IMG/VR virus record: IMGVR_UViG_3300045988_160394
Location: 160,001-224,000 of that record
Length of the DNA: 64,000 nucleotides
Reading direction: 5' to 3' (one strand)
DNA from: a virus
The translations under genes and the position numbers were made by a program. This document shows positions 38,901 through 50,873 of this stretch, piece after piece. Numbering within the stretch: position 1 is the stretch's first letter; each line of letters begins with the position of its first letter. The notes below the pieces were generated by a model. It saw nothing but the letters and a program-made list of their open reading frames with translations, had not been told where the DNA came from and made no database searches.

Positions 38901-41893
38901 GCCATATTAGCCATAACATTAGTACATAGAATATTTGTTACATAAGGTACAAAAGGCATATTAGCTGGATTTTTGTAATCCTTAATATAGAAGTCTATTT
39001 CTTTATTGTATTTGTTTAATGGATCATCATCAGGTAAATCTTGAGGATTATCTTCTTGATTTATTCCATTAATTAAATTCTTTAATGCTGTAACGTCATT
39101 ACTTTTTCTTAATATAAAAGTATTTTTATAATGATCAGATTTTTCATCATCTGAAATATTTAATGTAGCTAATTTAAATATACTATCTTTATTAAATGTC
39201 ATTTCAAATGACACTCTCATACAATCATCTATAAATATTTCATTAGGTTTTAAAGGATTGTTTTTATCGTTCTTACCTAATACTTCTTTTATGTTAGACC
39301 AGTCTTCATTATTTATAGATTCTAAATTTAACTTTAAGCTAAATTCCCATATAAGATGATATATATCATTAGCATCTTTAGTTATTATTTCATTCATTGT
39401 TAAGTCTTTTAAATACTTAGGATTATTAAAGTCCCCTAATAAAGCATTTTGTAAAGGTAATATATAGTTCTTAGTTACACTTGATAAAGCTTTGTCGTTT
39501 GTATCATAAATAAATATTCTAGACTTATCTGTATTACAAATATTCTCTTCTCTTGATCCATCTCCTACAAATAGAGGAGGATTCATCTTTATAAAATGCT
39601 TCTTCTTAACAGCATTACCTATTAAGTTTTCTATTGCTATATTAAACTTTTCATTCTTATAGTTCTCAACTGAATCTAAAGCTAATGCTAATTCACTTAA
39701 TGATTTAACGAATGTTTTAGCATCATCACTTAAATCTATTGAAGAAGTTGGTGTTAATAAGTTTTCATCTCTATCTTTTTTTATTTGAAGAGCATTCGCT
39801 AACCAGTTTTCATCTGGTATATAAAAACTTATTTCTCCTTTATTTACTTTAGGACCGCACTCATACCACCATGGACCAACAGTATTTTTATGAGTATAAT
39901 ATTGTAGATTATACTCATAGCTATTAAATTCCATAAGACTTAAGTTCGTTCCAGCTATTATAGATCTTTGATAGTAATATCTGAATATCTCCCAGTTAAA
40001 ACTTTTTGCGAACATAGGAGGCATTTCTGCTAGTTTTTCATTATCTTCTTTACCTGTATCTTTATCTATAGGTATATCTGGCATATAAACTTTATAGTTA
40101 AATTCTTTTAAAGTTAATATTACTTTTAATAGTCTAGGGAAACCTTCTACGTTTTGAATACTCATATTTGATAAAGCAACAGCTTCTATTCCTAATACAT
40201 CATTTATATAACCGTTCTCTATAGGCAAGAAAGGAGCTATTTTGAATTGGGCTATTAAACTTCTTAAGCCATCCATTTTATATTCAAAAGATGTTCCATT
40301 AGGACTTGTATAAACATAGTCTATTCCATTTATACCAACGTCTTCGTAAAAGTATAATGTTAGTTCTAACATTTGCTCATTATGTCCTTTATGTTTAGCT
40401 TGAGTACCTTTACTTCTCATATTAGGTATTCTTTCATAAGTACATTGAGTAATGTTTCTTATACTTTCTGGCGGTATAAGCATTAAAGTATCTCCTATGA
40501 ATAATGCACAATTTCTAACTTTAGTAAAATCTATTCCTGTTAATTCTTTATGAAGTTTTAATCTATCTTCATAAGATTTTTCTGATATCTTATTGAAACT
40601 ATCTAACCATTCTATATTATTTCTATCATATGACCATAAATTAAATGAATCAGATATTCCTGAACCAATAGCTTGTAATTCTGGAGAGCTATTAAATTTA
40701 GGATTAGCTATAGTTGATTCTGTATTACATAAAACATATTTATTTAAGTTTATCCATTTACCTTCATATTTTACATAAACAACTCCTAGAGATCTTTTAT
40801 AGTTATCCATTCCATATGGTATATAATTATAATTTGTTATAGGAAGGTCTCCATAATACATATCCCATTCTTTAATCATAAAATCGACAGTATCTTTTAA
40901 ATAATAAATGCTGTTAAAAGTTCTATCATCATTATCTGAATTAGTTTTACTTGCTTTAATTCCGTTTGCATTTAAAACTAGAACTATCTCTTCAGATTTT
41001 TCTAAAACTTTTCTAGCAGCTTCTTGAGCTTTATAAGCATCTTTAATAGTGTTAGAAGTAGATTCGTCTTTTTGCCCCATAACAATAAAGTACTTATATC
41101 CATCTTTTTTATTTATATATGGATTAGCACTCATTCTAGTTATTATTTCAGTGTATAAAGTTTTATCTCCACTTTCTCCTACTTTTCATAAAGTTACTTT
41201 GTCGTCATTTTTTCTTTCTGTAACTTTACCACTTTTTCTATCGTAATTTAAGTTTTCATAAGTTATAAGAGTTTTACCATTAATCATCTCTTTCATTTTA
41301 CCGAAGGTTGTTTCTGTTACTCTTTTATCATAGTCTTCTTCTCTGCATAGTTGTACTTCATAGTGAGGTATTTCCATAGAGTCTATACCTAATGCTCTGA
41401 CTTGTATTGATTGTCCTCCACCCATCTTTTTAAAGAAGTCTCTAAAGTTATTGTACTTTACACTTTCAGAACCATTAGTAAACATTATAGGTTGATTACC
41501 ATCATTTATATCTTCTAATCTAAAAGACCATGTATCTCCGTCAAACTTATTTAAATCTCAAGTAGACCCATTTTTATCTATATCAGCTTTATTAGCTTTT
41601 AATACGAAAGCTCCTTCTTCTGAATAATGTCCTGGATTAGTAGAGAACGGTGCTTCTACATAAAAGTATGAATCTAATATTTCTTTATCAGAATATTCAC
41701 CATCTGTATTTTTATCTACGTATTGTTGATAAATTTCTGACATTAAATCTTCTTGCATCATTTCATCCATATCAGGAGTTAAAAACTTTTTAGGATTTAC
41801 AGTATTAAAGTCGCTTCTATTATTAGCCATACTAATATATTTTTCTTTATTCTCTTTTAGTTTTTTTAGTATGTCTTTATTATCTTGACCCAT
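32939..41893 (-). CDS. Giant 2984 aa protein: N-terminal SNase-like nuclease motif, large unknown region, gp27/XkdQ-like baseplate hub region (table 4)
   Basis: ATG 41891-41893 with AAAGGAGA 5 nt upstream. Seven track fragments (41558-41893, 41186-41485, 37982-41134, 37364-37681, 35309-37336, 33644-35269, 33128-33529) all have a start coordinate = 2 mod 3. I translated every gap and the only interruptions are the boundary TGAs (41558, 41186, 37982, 37364, 35309, 33644, 33128). No SD precedes the internal ATG/TTG at 41485, 41134, 37681, 37336, 35269 or 33529. The first true stop, TAG 32939-32941, lies inside the next gene's SD. Confidence 0.7.
34900..36450 (-). other. gp27 / gpD / XkdQ-like baseplate hub region inside ORF 32939-41893
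   Basis: ...INVVKSRKIAADTCTLVMNN..., LQPGIRIHVRMGYSGDGSKLPVVFNGKVAEVEV and, after TGA 35309, LGDPSIKPHDRIYIHDTYEDMMGQFEVEAVIHTMSIDTGFTTSI match the three conserved blocks I associate with phage hub / late control D proteins. Boundaries are approximate. Confidence 0.5.
41372..41542 (-). other. Staphylococcal-nuclease (SNase/thermonuclease)-like motif pair near the N-terminus of ORF 32939-41893
   Basis: KFDGDTWSF (41522-41542) is followed ~46 aa later by VRALGIDSMEIP (R 41396-41398, D, S, E 41372-41374). SNase has DGDT then R-x4-D-T-x-E (FRLLLVDTPE). The R-x4-D-[ST]-x-E spacing is identical, but the DGDT-to-Arg spacer is ~30 aa longer. Confidence 0.45.
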
Positions 41894-41915
41894 AGTAGTC
41901 TCCTTTCTATTTATA

Positions 41916-41939
41916 ATAGGTGCAACTTAATGCACCTAT
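41916..41939 (-). terminator. Hairpin after the 2946 aa ORF (no clear U-tract)
   Basis: Perfect 9 bp inverted repeat: ataggtgca (41916-41924) pairs with tgcacctat (41931-41939), with a 6 nt loop. It starts 2 nt after the TAA and is followed by UAUAAAUAG and the next SD. It could be a processing or attenuation element rather than a full terminator. Confidence 0.4.
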
Positions 41940-41941
41940 CA

Positions 41942-44900
41942 TTAAAAATTCCTATTTATATAATTCTCGATATCTCTATCTGTTACTGGCTGATCTTTTT
42001 TATTTTTTATATTCATGTTTATATTAACAGCTCCACCTACTGTAGCTTCTGCTGCTTTTGCCATGATCTTCTCCATATACTTTCTACCTTTTTTAGTATC
42101 CGCCTTTATATTTATTATATAACCTTGTTGAGTATTCCCTGTCACATAACCGCTATCTTTTTCCATGAATTCAGGAATGCTCATAATTTGTTGTGATTTA
42201 TTTTCTTTGCTAACTTCACTAGCTTGTTTATCATTTAAAGGATTACCAGAAGCATAGCCTCCAATCATTAATCCAGCTGCTAAACCTAATACTGCTTTAC
42301 CCATTCCTCCTACTCTTACATTTTTAACTCCATCAGCTAAAGATTCTGTCATACTTTCAGATAAACGTTTTATTTCTGCGTCATATTGTCCAGAGTTCAT
42401 TAGTTTGTTTTTTGCAATATTACTTTCTTGTTGAGCCATGCTTCTTTGAGCTATTTCATCTAAAGCATTTTGTAAGAAAGCAGGATCTCCATATCCCATT
42501 AAAGCTTGGTGTCTAGTTGCAAAAGTACTAGCTTCTTCAGCAGCTGCTCCAATAGAACCATTATACCAAAGTTTTTCAGTTCTTGCTCCATTTCTTCCAG
42601 TAGCTTCTATAGATGCTTTATAAGATAATGCTAGTTTGTCATGAGACATTTCTTTCATTCTTCCTAAGAATTTTTGTTTCATTGCATTAGCTCCACTTAT
42701 CATAGGGTCAGCTTGTTTTTCTATATTAGCTCTTTCTTCTTTGCTTAATATAAGATGTCCCATATGTTCATATGATTTCTTAAATATATCATCACCATAA
42801 TCATCTAACCAACTGCCTAATTCATTTAATGATTCTGTAGATGCTACTGTTCCTTTATTATTAAAAATATCATTCATTGCTTTTTTGAAGTTTTTAATTC
42901 TATTATCATCATATACTCCACCAGCTAATTTTTTAGAAGAGATTACTCCTTGTTCAGCTGTATCTAAAGCATTCCAAACATAGTTATTAAAAGCTATTTC
43001 TTCAGGAGAAGTATTTCTAAATACATCAGCTAACTTAACAGCATTTAAAGCTTGGTTAACTGAACCTGTTGCAGCTAGTCCTGTTTTAGCCATCATTTCT
43101 TGTGCATACTTATCTACAGACATTCTTTTAATAGCTGTAGCTTCTAATTTACTAAACGTATCATCATCAACATTACCTTTTATAACAGTTAAAGCTTCGT
43201 CTAGTATTTTGCCAGGCTCTGATGCTTTATTTAAATCTATATCAAATTTTTCATCTTTAGTTATGTCTTTAGCCAAACTTAATAAATTAGTTGTATCTTC
43301 ACTTAGCTTATTAAACTCTTTTACAGTAGGCATATGAGCAACAGTTGTAAAAGTCTTTTTACCTAGAATAGATTCTCCGCCTGGAACTAAAACCATGTTA
43401 TCTGGATTAGATAAGTTTTGATTTTTTATAAAATCTTCTTTAATAGTTTTAGCTGCTTTATCTTGCCAATATTTATTATCTGTAACAGCAACACTATACA
43501 TAGCTCTTTCTTGTGCAGCAAAATAATCATATACTTCACCTGACATTAAATTGTTTTCTATTGCATAGTTTCTACCACCATTTTTATTAGCTAATTCATA
43601 TAAAGCTCCATCTACTACTTTCCCATCTTTATCTCTATATTCAATTCTGAATGAAGATAAAGAGTCACCGTCTTGGTCGGCATTAGCTTTTAACATTGTA
43701 GATACAGATATCTTAGTTTGATTACCTTGTAATCTTTTATCTAAGAATACTCTAGTTTGGTTTATAGAATTATTCCTTGTATTTGGATAACGGTCAGTTA
43801 TATCAAAAGTACCATATTCTAATAAGAAATCATCCATTTCACTTTCTGTTTTAAATCCAAACTTCTTTAATGTTTCTGGTTTATAATATCCCATCTTTTC
43901 CATCTGTTCTTTTGATACGTATTTATAATCAAAATAAGCTTCACCATTAGCTTCTCATTCAGCTATTGTTTTACCCATTATTTTAGATTTTTTAGTAAGA
44001 TCATCTCCAACAGTTACATCTATACCTGCCTCTTTAGCTGCCTCTACTAACTCTTTAGTCGTAGTATCAGTTATTAATCCAGATGATTTAAGTCTATAAG
44101 CAGTTGCATTTATTTCTATTTTACTAGCATTATGATGCATACCATTCTTACCAAATATAGAATCTCTTATACCTTCTATAGCTTCTGTTCTATTTCCTAA
44201 AACTCTTTGGAATAGTCTTTCATATTCATCATCTTGTTTCCCAGATAAAGATTCTAATTCTTCTATACTATGTTTAAGCTTATTTAATTTTTGATGTCCT
44301 ACATCTCTAACTTCCTCATCTGCTATTTTCATACCAGTACCAGGGACAGCTAGATATCTATTCTCCTGACCAAACTTTTCACCTAAATCTACAACTATGT
44401 TTCTTTCTACTAAATCATCAACTTTAAAGTTAACATCTTTGATATCAATAACTTCAAAGCCTTTTTGTTTCATATCTTCTAAACTTAAGTTATATCCTCT
44501 ATTAAAGCTATTAGCTTTCATAGCCATTTGTATTTTATATTCTTTTTCTGCACCTTCTACACCTAATTTAATCTTATATTTTTTAGCGTATTCATGAATG
44601 TCTTTTAAATGAGCGTATCTTTCTGTTTTAACCATATTATCTGTTAGTAGTTCATCAGTGTATGGATTAAAGAATTGATCATCTTTAAATTGGTCTAATA
44701 AACCTTTTAATGATTTCTCTCCTATAATATCTTTAGAAAAAGTAACAGTACCATCAGCATTTTCTGTTAAATGATCTTTGAAGGCATGTGAGCTTAACAA
44801 TGTTTTAGTATCTAGTTCTCCATTATTAATCATTTTTTCAATTTGTTCTGCATGAGCTTCTGTCAAGGATACCCTTTCTAATATAGATAATTCTTGGTCT

Positions 44901-47900
44901 CCAAACCTCATAGTTTTCATAGTGCCAGCTTTAGAATCTATATCTTCTAACATAGAATCTATTTTCATTATTTGTTGTTGAATAGCACTTTTCTCACTAG
45001 GGTCGGTAGACTTAATCATTTGCTTTTCTAGTCCTATTCTTTCTTTTTTTAATTCTTTTTTTGTTTTTAACATTTCAAAGTATTCTGCTGTTACACCTGT
45101 TTGTGTTTCTGCATCTCTAACATATTTTACGTTCTCTCTAGTATTAGTACCTATAGCAACTTTAGCATCTTTTATAAACTTACCATCAACAGTTATATCT
45201 TTTTGTATAGTAGCATATGAACCAATAGCTTCTTTTTTGTATTCATATTTACCATCTTTATTCATAATATAAATATCTTTAGCTACTAATCTATCATTTT
45301 CATCCATATCTTCTAATTCTTCATCTAAAGATTTTATTAATGCTGTAAACTTATCTTTATCTAATGATGTAGTTTTATTAACAGAATAAAATTTATCATC
45401 TATAAAGAATCTACCTTTCTTTTGTTTAACGCCTATAGATTCATAGCTTTTAGTGTCTTTATTTAAATCATATTGTTCTATAAATTGAAATGCTTTATTA
45501 GAATTTATTTTATCTACAATAAAATCTACAGCATCTTTCTCTGAACCATATTTCTTACCTAAGCTGTTAATAGCTTTAGATAATAATCCTTCATACATTT
45601 GTCCTATATTACCGTGCTTAGCTACGGCATCATTAGCTAATAAATGAGTTTTATTTTTTAGTATCTTATCGAATAATAATGCAGAATGCATATTTCTTTC
45701 TACAGTTATAGCTTTCTTTAAATCATCTAAAGATTCAAAACCTATTTTCTTAAGTGTACTTTCAGATAAATCTTTGTTTTTAAAGAATATAGCATCTACA
45801 GTTTCATTAGTAATTACTTTGTCTTTTACTATGTCCCAAGAATCTGTTTCTTTAAAAAATTGTTTTATCTTATTGTTGTATGATCCAGTAGAAGCATAAA
45901 CTATATCTGTCATACCTTTTTCTGCACCAGATGTCATTGTTTTAACATACCCCATAGCAGATATATCTTCTATAGCATATTGTCCAGTAATACCTTCTTT
46001 AGATAGTATCTTCTCTAACTTAGCAGCCATTTCTGCTTGAGTAAGAGGTTGATTGTTTTTATCTAAAAATTTAGATAAGTTCTTTCTTATTATTTTATTT
46101 ATATCTTCGTCTCTTAATTTAGTTCCATCACTTTCATAGAAGTTAAAATTGAAAACTCCATAATGCATTTTAGAAGCAAAGTCTACATTTCTTTCAGCAA
46201 AGCCTTTCCATTTAACAGCTGATTCACCTCTGCTTACTAATTTACCAGGAGAAGAATTGAATACTAATTCTCCATTTTTAAATTCAAAATTACCTCTATA
46301 GTTTAGTAATGCTTCTTGTTGTTTCTTTAAATCATTTCCTACTAATTCATTTAATAAAGCACTAACGTCATAATTTTTACTAAGCTTCTGAGTACTAGCT
46401 GTTCTTAATCCATAAGCAGCTTCATGCACTCTTGAATCTATAATTCTCTCTTGCTCAAAAGTAGATATTGAATTTCTTATATAGTTATAAGCTTTTTTCT
46501 CTATATCTTTTGTTTTTTCATCTACATTAGAATCTTTCATTACCTTAGCAAAGTTATTATCTATTAAAACTTGTAAAGCGTTGCTACTAACATATGTTGT
46601 ATCCATCATTACATCCGTAGTTGTTTTACCTAATCCAAAATAATTTCTCATAGTTCTTTTATCCATAATATCAGAACTTAAAGTATTACCAGCAGTAATT
46701 CCTAGTTTGGATTTCTTTATATCATCTACTCTTAATTGTAGAGCATTACCAGACTGAGTTATAGGTGGTCTTTGAGAATTATCAAAGATAGAGAATGTAG
46801 AGTTTCCTGGTCTATATCCTCTTATTCCTATAAGTGCAGATGTTTTATTTTCTTGACCAGTAAAACCTAATTCTTTAGTTAAAAAAGCAAATTCATTAGA
46901 TACGTTTTTGTCTTCTTTAATTTTATCTAATACAAAGTTAATATTCTTAATCAAATCTCTAGTCATTTCTGGATTAATATCTTCTAATGCTTTCTCTTCT
47001 TTTACATAATATTTAAGATGTTGTTTCATATTATCTAAGAATTCTTTATCAGCAAAATCTATTCCATCTACTATATGATTTAATTTTTGATTTTCTCCAA
47101 ACAAATCTACTAATACATTTTTTATATCTGATATATCTACTCCATAGTTTGAATCTATATCGTTACCTCCAAAACCATTTATGGTAGATCTACTTCTTAA
47201 TGAAGCATTATTTAAAGATACTAATCCTACTAATCTATCAAAACCTTCATCTTGGCCTTTCTTCTCTACTACTCTTTGTACGTTATTACTTATACTATAT
47301 CTATTAAGATTATCTAAAGATGAAGCAGAACCTCCTTTTACTTTTCTACCGTCAGCTTTGAAAGTTAACTTATTATTTACTTGTATTTTCATAGAACCTA
47401 ATTCTAAATACATAGTCTCAGAAGGATCATTGTATTTTATTTTAGGCATAATTAATTCCTCTGATCTACCATTTTTAAATAATAATAAAGAACCATCTTC
47501 TTGTACAGATATAGATGCTCCAAGTTTATCGGCAGTATGAACTACATCTTTTACATAAGTATTTAAATCTTTATATAAGTTGTCATACAATATCTGTTTA
47601 GTCCTATCACCTTTTTTTATTACATTTCTATTAGGTATATAATACTTTTCAACTAAACTTTTAGCATATCTTTCAGCAGATTTCTTAGTACCATCTAGAA
47701 CATTTATATTTGTTCTTTCAACTATATTATTTGCTATTTGTTGAATTATTGGTTTCATATTTTCACTATTTAAGTATCTAACAAATTCAGTATTACCTTC
47801 TAATGCTTTCATAAATGTTCTGCTACCATTTAATATTCCATTTGTAACATTAGACTCTTTAGCTTCTCTCATTCCTTCAATTATAGCTTCTGCTATTTGA

Positions 47901-50782
47901 TACGGATGATAATCTTTATCTTTAAAGCTATTTTTTGAACTAAACTTAAATTGTTTCTTTATATTTTTAAAAGCCTTTGTATCTTTTAAAACCTCATCTT
48001 CTTGTAACATAGCAAATAGTTTTTCAACTGCATCTTTTTCGTAAATTAAATTACCTTTTTTATCTTTACCATGAACAGCCTCTGTAGCTGTTTTTATTAT
48101 TGAGTAAGGGCTATTAACATCATTAAGATTAATCTTTAATATGTTTGCTGTATCTAATGATTTAGCAGTATCTATATAATTAATTCTTTTTCCTCTAATT
48201 ATCTTATCGTATTTTATTTCATATAGATTTTTAAAAGTATTAAAATCTGTTTGTAAATTAACGTCGCCTAATTTAATCATATCGGCAATATCATCATTAC
48301 CGCCTCTAAATTTGTTATTAAATATTCATTCAGCAGTCGTTCCTTTTACTTCTTTAACTGTTCTATTAAATAATTCTTGTTTAACACTTTCAGCCGTTTT
48401 AGGATCTTTAAATACTTCAGTAGCTTCTAAAGCTTCTATTATATTTTTAAACATATTACCATAGCTATTAACCATTTCTAATCCTGTAGCATTATTATCA
48501 ACAGTTGATTGTAATAATCTCATTACATCATTTTTACTATGTCCTAAAGTAGCTATAATCATTTCTTGTGATTTTATTAATTGAGCATTACTAAGTTCCA
48601 TAGCCATTTGCCCTTTAGAAACTCTTTCTGCCATGATAAGAGATATATCTCTACCTGTAATATCCATGTTCAATTCTTTAGATAAGTTTTCTTGTAGATC
48701 AAGTACATTCTTTATTTTCTTATAAGAATTATCTCTAAACATAGAGTTGTCTGCTCTAGAAATTAATTTCTTTTCATTATCAGCTAATACAACTCTATTA
48801 AATAACTCAGTATCAGAAAGACCTTCTTCATTAACTGGTTTAAAGACAACTTTATTAGTTTCTTTATTTTTGTTAATTTCTCTAATATCAAATCTGTCTT
48901 TCATTCCTTTTTTGATTTGAATTCCATTATCTGTTCTTTCTGCAACAATATCAAAGTTACCGCTTAAAAAAGCATTCATCTCTTTTTCTGATTTAAATAT
49001 TAGATTTTGTGTTAAATCTCCTAGTCTTGTTGTAGTTGCGTAATCATCATGTACTGCCATGTTTAATTGAACTTGATAAAGTTTTTTACCAGAATATTCA
49101 GGGGCTATATCTCCCATCATTGTTCTCAATTCATCTGTTAGTTCTATTTCTCTTATATTAGATATATCGTAAAAAGAACCTTTATTAATTCCGAAACCTG
49201 CACTAAAGTTTTCATGCATAGCTCCACCAGCTGCTTGTAAGGCTTCATCTCCTTTACCTAGTAAATGATTATCAGCTGTATATATAGTTCCTGTACTTTT
49301 ACTTTGTGCAAAGTTGAAATAATTTCTTCCACCATAACTAGTACTAACTCCTTTTTTAGCTTGAAGTATTTGCTTACCAGGAGTTAATACTGTATCTTCT
49401 GTTTTTATATTTTCTATTAAATTGTTTATGTGCTCTATAACAGATACATTCCCTGGAAGACTTTCTGATTTCTTTGTAAAAAACCATGATAATCCAGTAA
49501 CGTCATCTTCAGCCATATGAGGTTTTAGTCCTTCACTATTAAACAAACCTCCATAATGTTTTTGTAATAAGTATTCCTGTCCTCTTACTTTATCTATATC
49601 TCCTATTTTTGCATTTCCATATACAGAAGATAATGAATTATAATCTGTTGCTAATTTAACTCCACCTAAAACATCTAGATCTGCATAAGATGGAATATTA
49701 AAGCCAACTCTTTTACTTTCGAAATAATTATTTAATTTTCCATTATAATCGTTATTCCATTTTAATAACATATTATTTAAAATAAGTTCGTCAAACGCAT
49801 TACTGTTAAAACCAGAAATCATTGCTTTTTTATTATTAACAGCTGTTTGAGCTTTACTTATAGTTTGTGTAACTTTTAATATATCTGCTTTTATTCCATC
49901 AATTTCTCCTGTTTGATGATAAACATTATTTAAAACTTCTGCTCCTTTTTCTATAACTGAAATATCTTTATAGTTATTTCTATCTACATTAGGGAAATTA
50001 GTTGCTTTAAAATATTTTTCTCCTTTAACTTTTTCATATTTAAAATCTTTATCTGCATATTTAGCTAAACGCATAGCTGTTACTTTTAATTCTTCGTCAC
50101 TATCTATAGTTCCATTTTCTATAGCCTTTCTTATTTTATTTACAGTTTCTTCTTTTTCTTTATCTGACATTCCTATAAGTACACTTACATTATCTATTAC
50201 CTTACCTGTTTTAACGTCATATTCTTGCATAGCAAATTCTGTAATAGCATTAGGTCTTCATATATTATTTTTATCTTTTCCTCCAAGAGTTTCTAAGTCC
50301 CAAACAAAAAGACTTCCTCCATTACTTTTTAGAGAGTTAAAATATTTATAAGATTCTTTTCATGAATTGATAGATTCATTAGCAGAACCTCTTTGTTTAC
50401 TATGAACAACATTACCTAAATTCTTTATTGTTAATCCTAACATATTCTCTGATGAATTAGATTTATCACCTATTATTTCAAAGAAGTTTAATCCTTTATC
50501 TCCGATGTTGGTTAATTGTCTAAGCTTTTCTGTTATTACATCTATATCGCCAGTAGCAACTTTTTTATTTCATGTATACTTATGCTTATTAATAAACATA
50601 TGGTCAGAATCTTTTATTAAATACTTACCACTATGTAATAATTCTATTGTTCTATTTATTTCTTCTATAGCCGCATTTTCTTTATTTATATCTACTTTTT
50701 TTGAAGCTTCAATGTTACGTTGAGCTATACGGATTCTATCCATAGTAGTTCCAACTATATTAGTTGATTTATTATTAGCCAT
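41942..50782 (-). CDS. Giant 2946 aa protein with DEDDh exonuclease signature and beta-prime-type DPBB (YonO / crAss gp66-like RNA polymerase) signature (table 4)
   Basis: ATG 50780-50782 with AAAGAGGTGG upstream, after terminator 50835-50865. Fragments 50570-50782, 48326-50230, 43955-48280 and 41942-43903 all have a start coordinate = 2 mod 3. The gaps 50231-50569, 48281-48325 and 43904-43954 were translated and contain only TGA. In-frame TGA at 50570, 50360, 50258, 48326 and 43955. TAA at 41942. See the motif features below. Confidence 0.7.
43664..43792 (-). other. Beta-prime-type double-psi beta-barrel catalytic signature (NADQDGD) inside ORF 41942-50782
   Basis: DRYPNTRNNSINQTRVFLDKRLQGNQTKISVSTMLKANADQDGDS was compared with E. 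coli RpoC (as I recall it) [42 protein letters not shown]. Both have R-x-P, then 34-37 residues, then NAD-x-DGD. NADQDGD is encoded at 43664-43684 (plus strand gtcaccgtcttggtcggcatt). Confidence 0.6.
46202..46249 (-). other. Candidate beta-type DPBB lysine motif (weak)
   Basis: PGKLVSRGESAVKWKG loosely resembles the RpoB PGDKMAGRHGNKG motif, with the same K-x3-R spacing and then a longer spacer to KG. It lies ~850 aa upstream of NADQDGD, similar to the beta-to-beta-prime motif distance in a beta/beta-prime fusion. It is suggestive only. Confidence 0.25.
49500..50300 (-). other. DEDDh (DnaQ/RNase T-like) 3'-5' exonuclease signature inside ORF 41942-50782
   Basis: Exo I is FVWDLETLGG (D 50297-50299, E 50291-50293). 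Exo II is GFNSNAFDELIL (D 49790-49792). Exo III is KPHMAEDDV (H 49517-49519, D 49502-49504). The motif order and the H-x4-D spacing match the DEDDh family. The Exo I to Exo II spacing (~150 aa) is longer than usual. Confidence 0.55.
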
Positions 50783-50834
50783 TATTCCACCTCTTTAAAT
50801 ACACTTATTTCATTATTAATTATTATATTATATA

Positions 50835-50865
50835 AAAATAAGACCGCCTTGTATAAGACGATCTT
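50835..50865 (-). terminator. Rho-independent terminator after the 104 aa gene
   Basis: On the transcript: AAGAUCGUC-UUAUACAA-GGCGGUCUU, a 9 bp stem with two G-U pairs, followed by AUUUUUAUA. Confidence 0.6.
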
Positions 50866-50873
50866 AAAAATAA

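Noticed and set aside
33529-41485. Internal ATG/TTG/GTG starts suggested by the track (41485, 41134, 37681, 37336, 35269, 33529; likewise 61557, 60369, 21024)
   Set aside because: No purine-rich SD lies within 5-15 nt upstream of any of them. They are simply the first start-like codon after a TGA.
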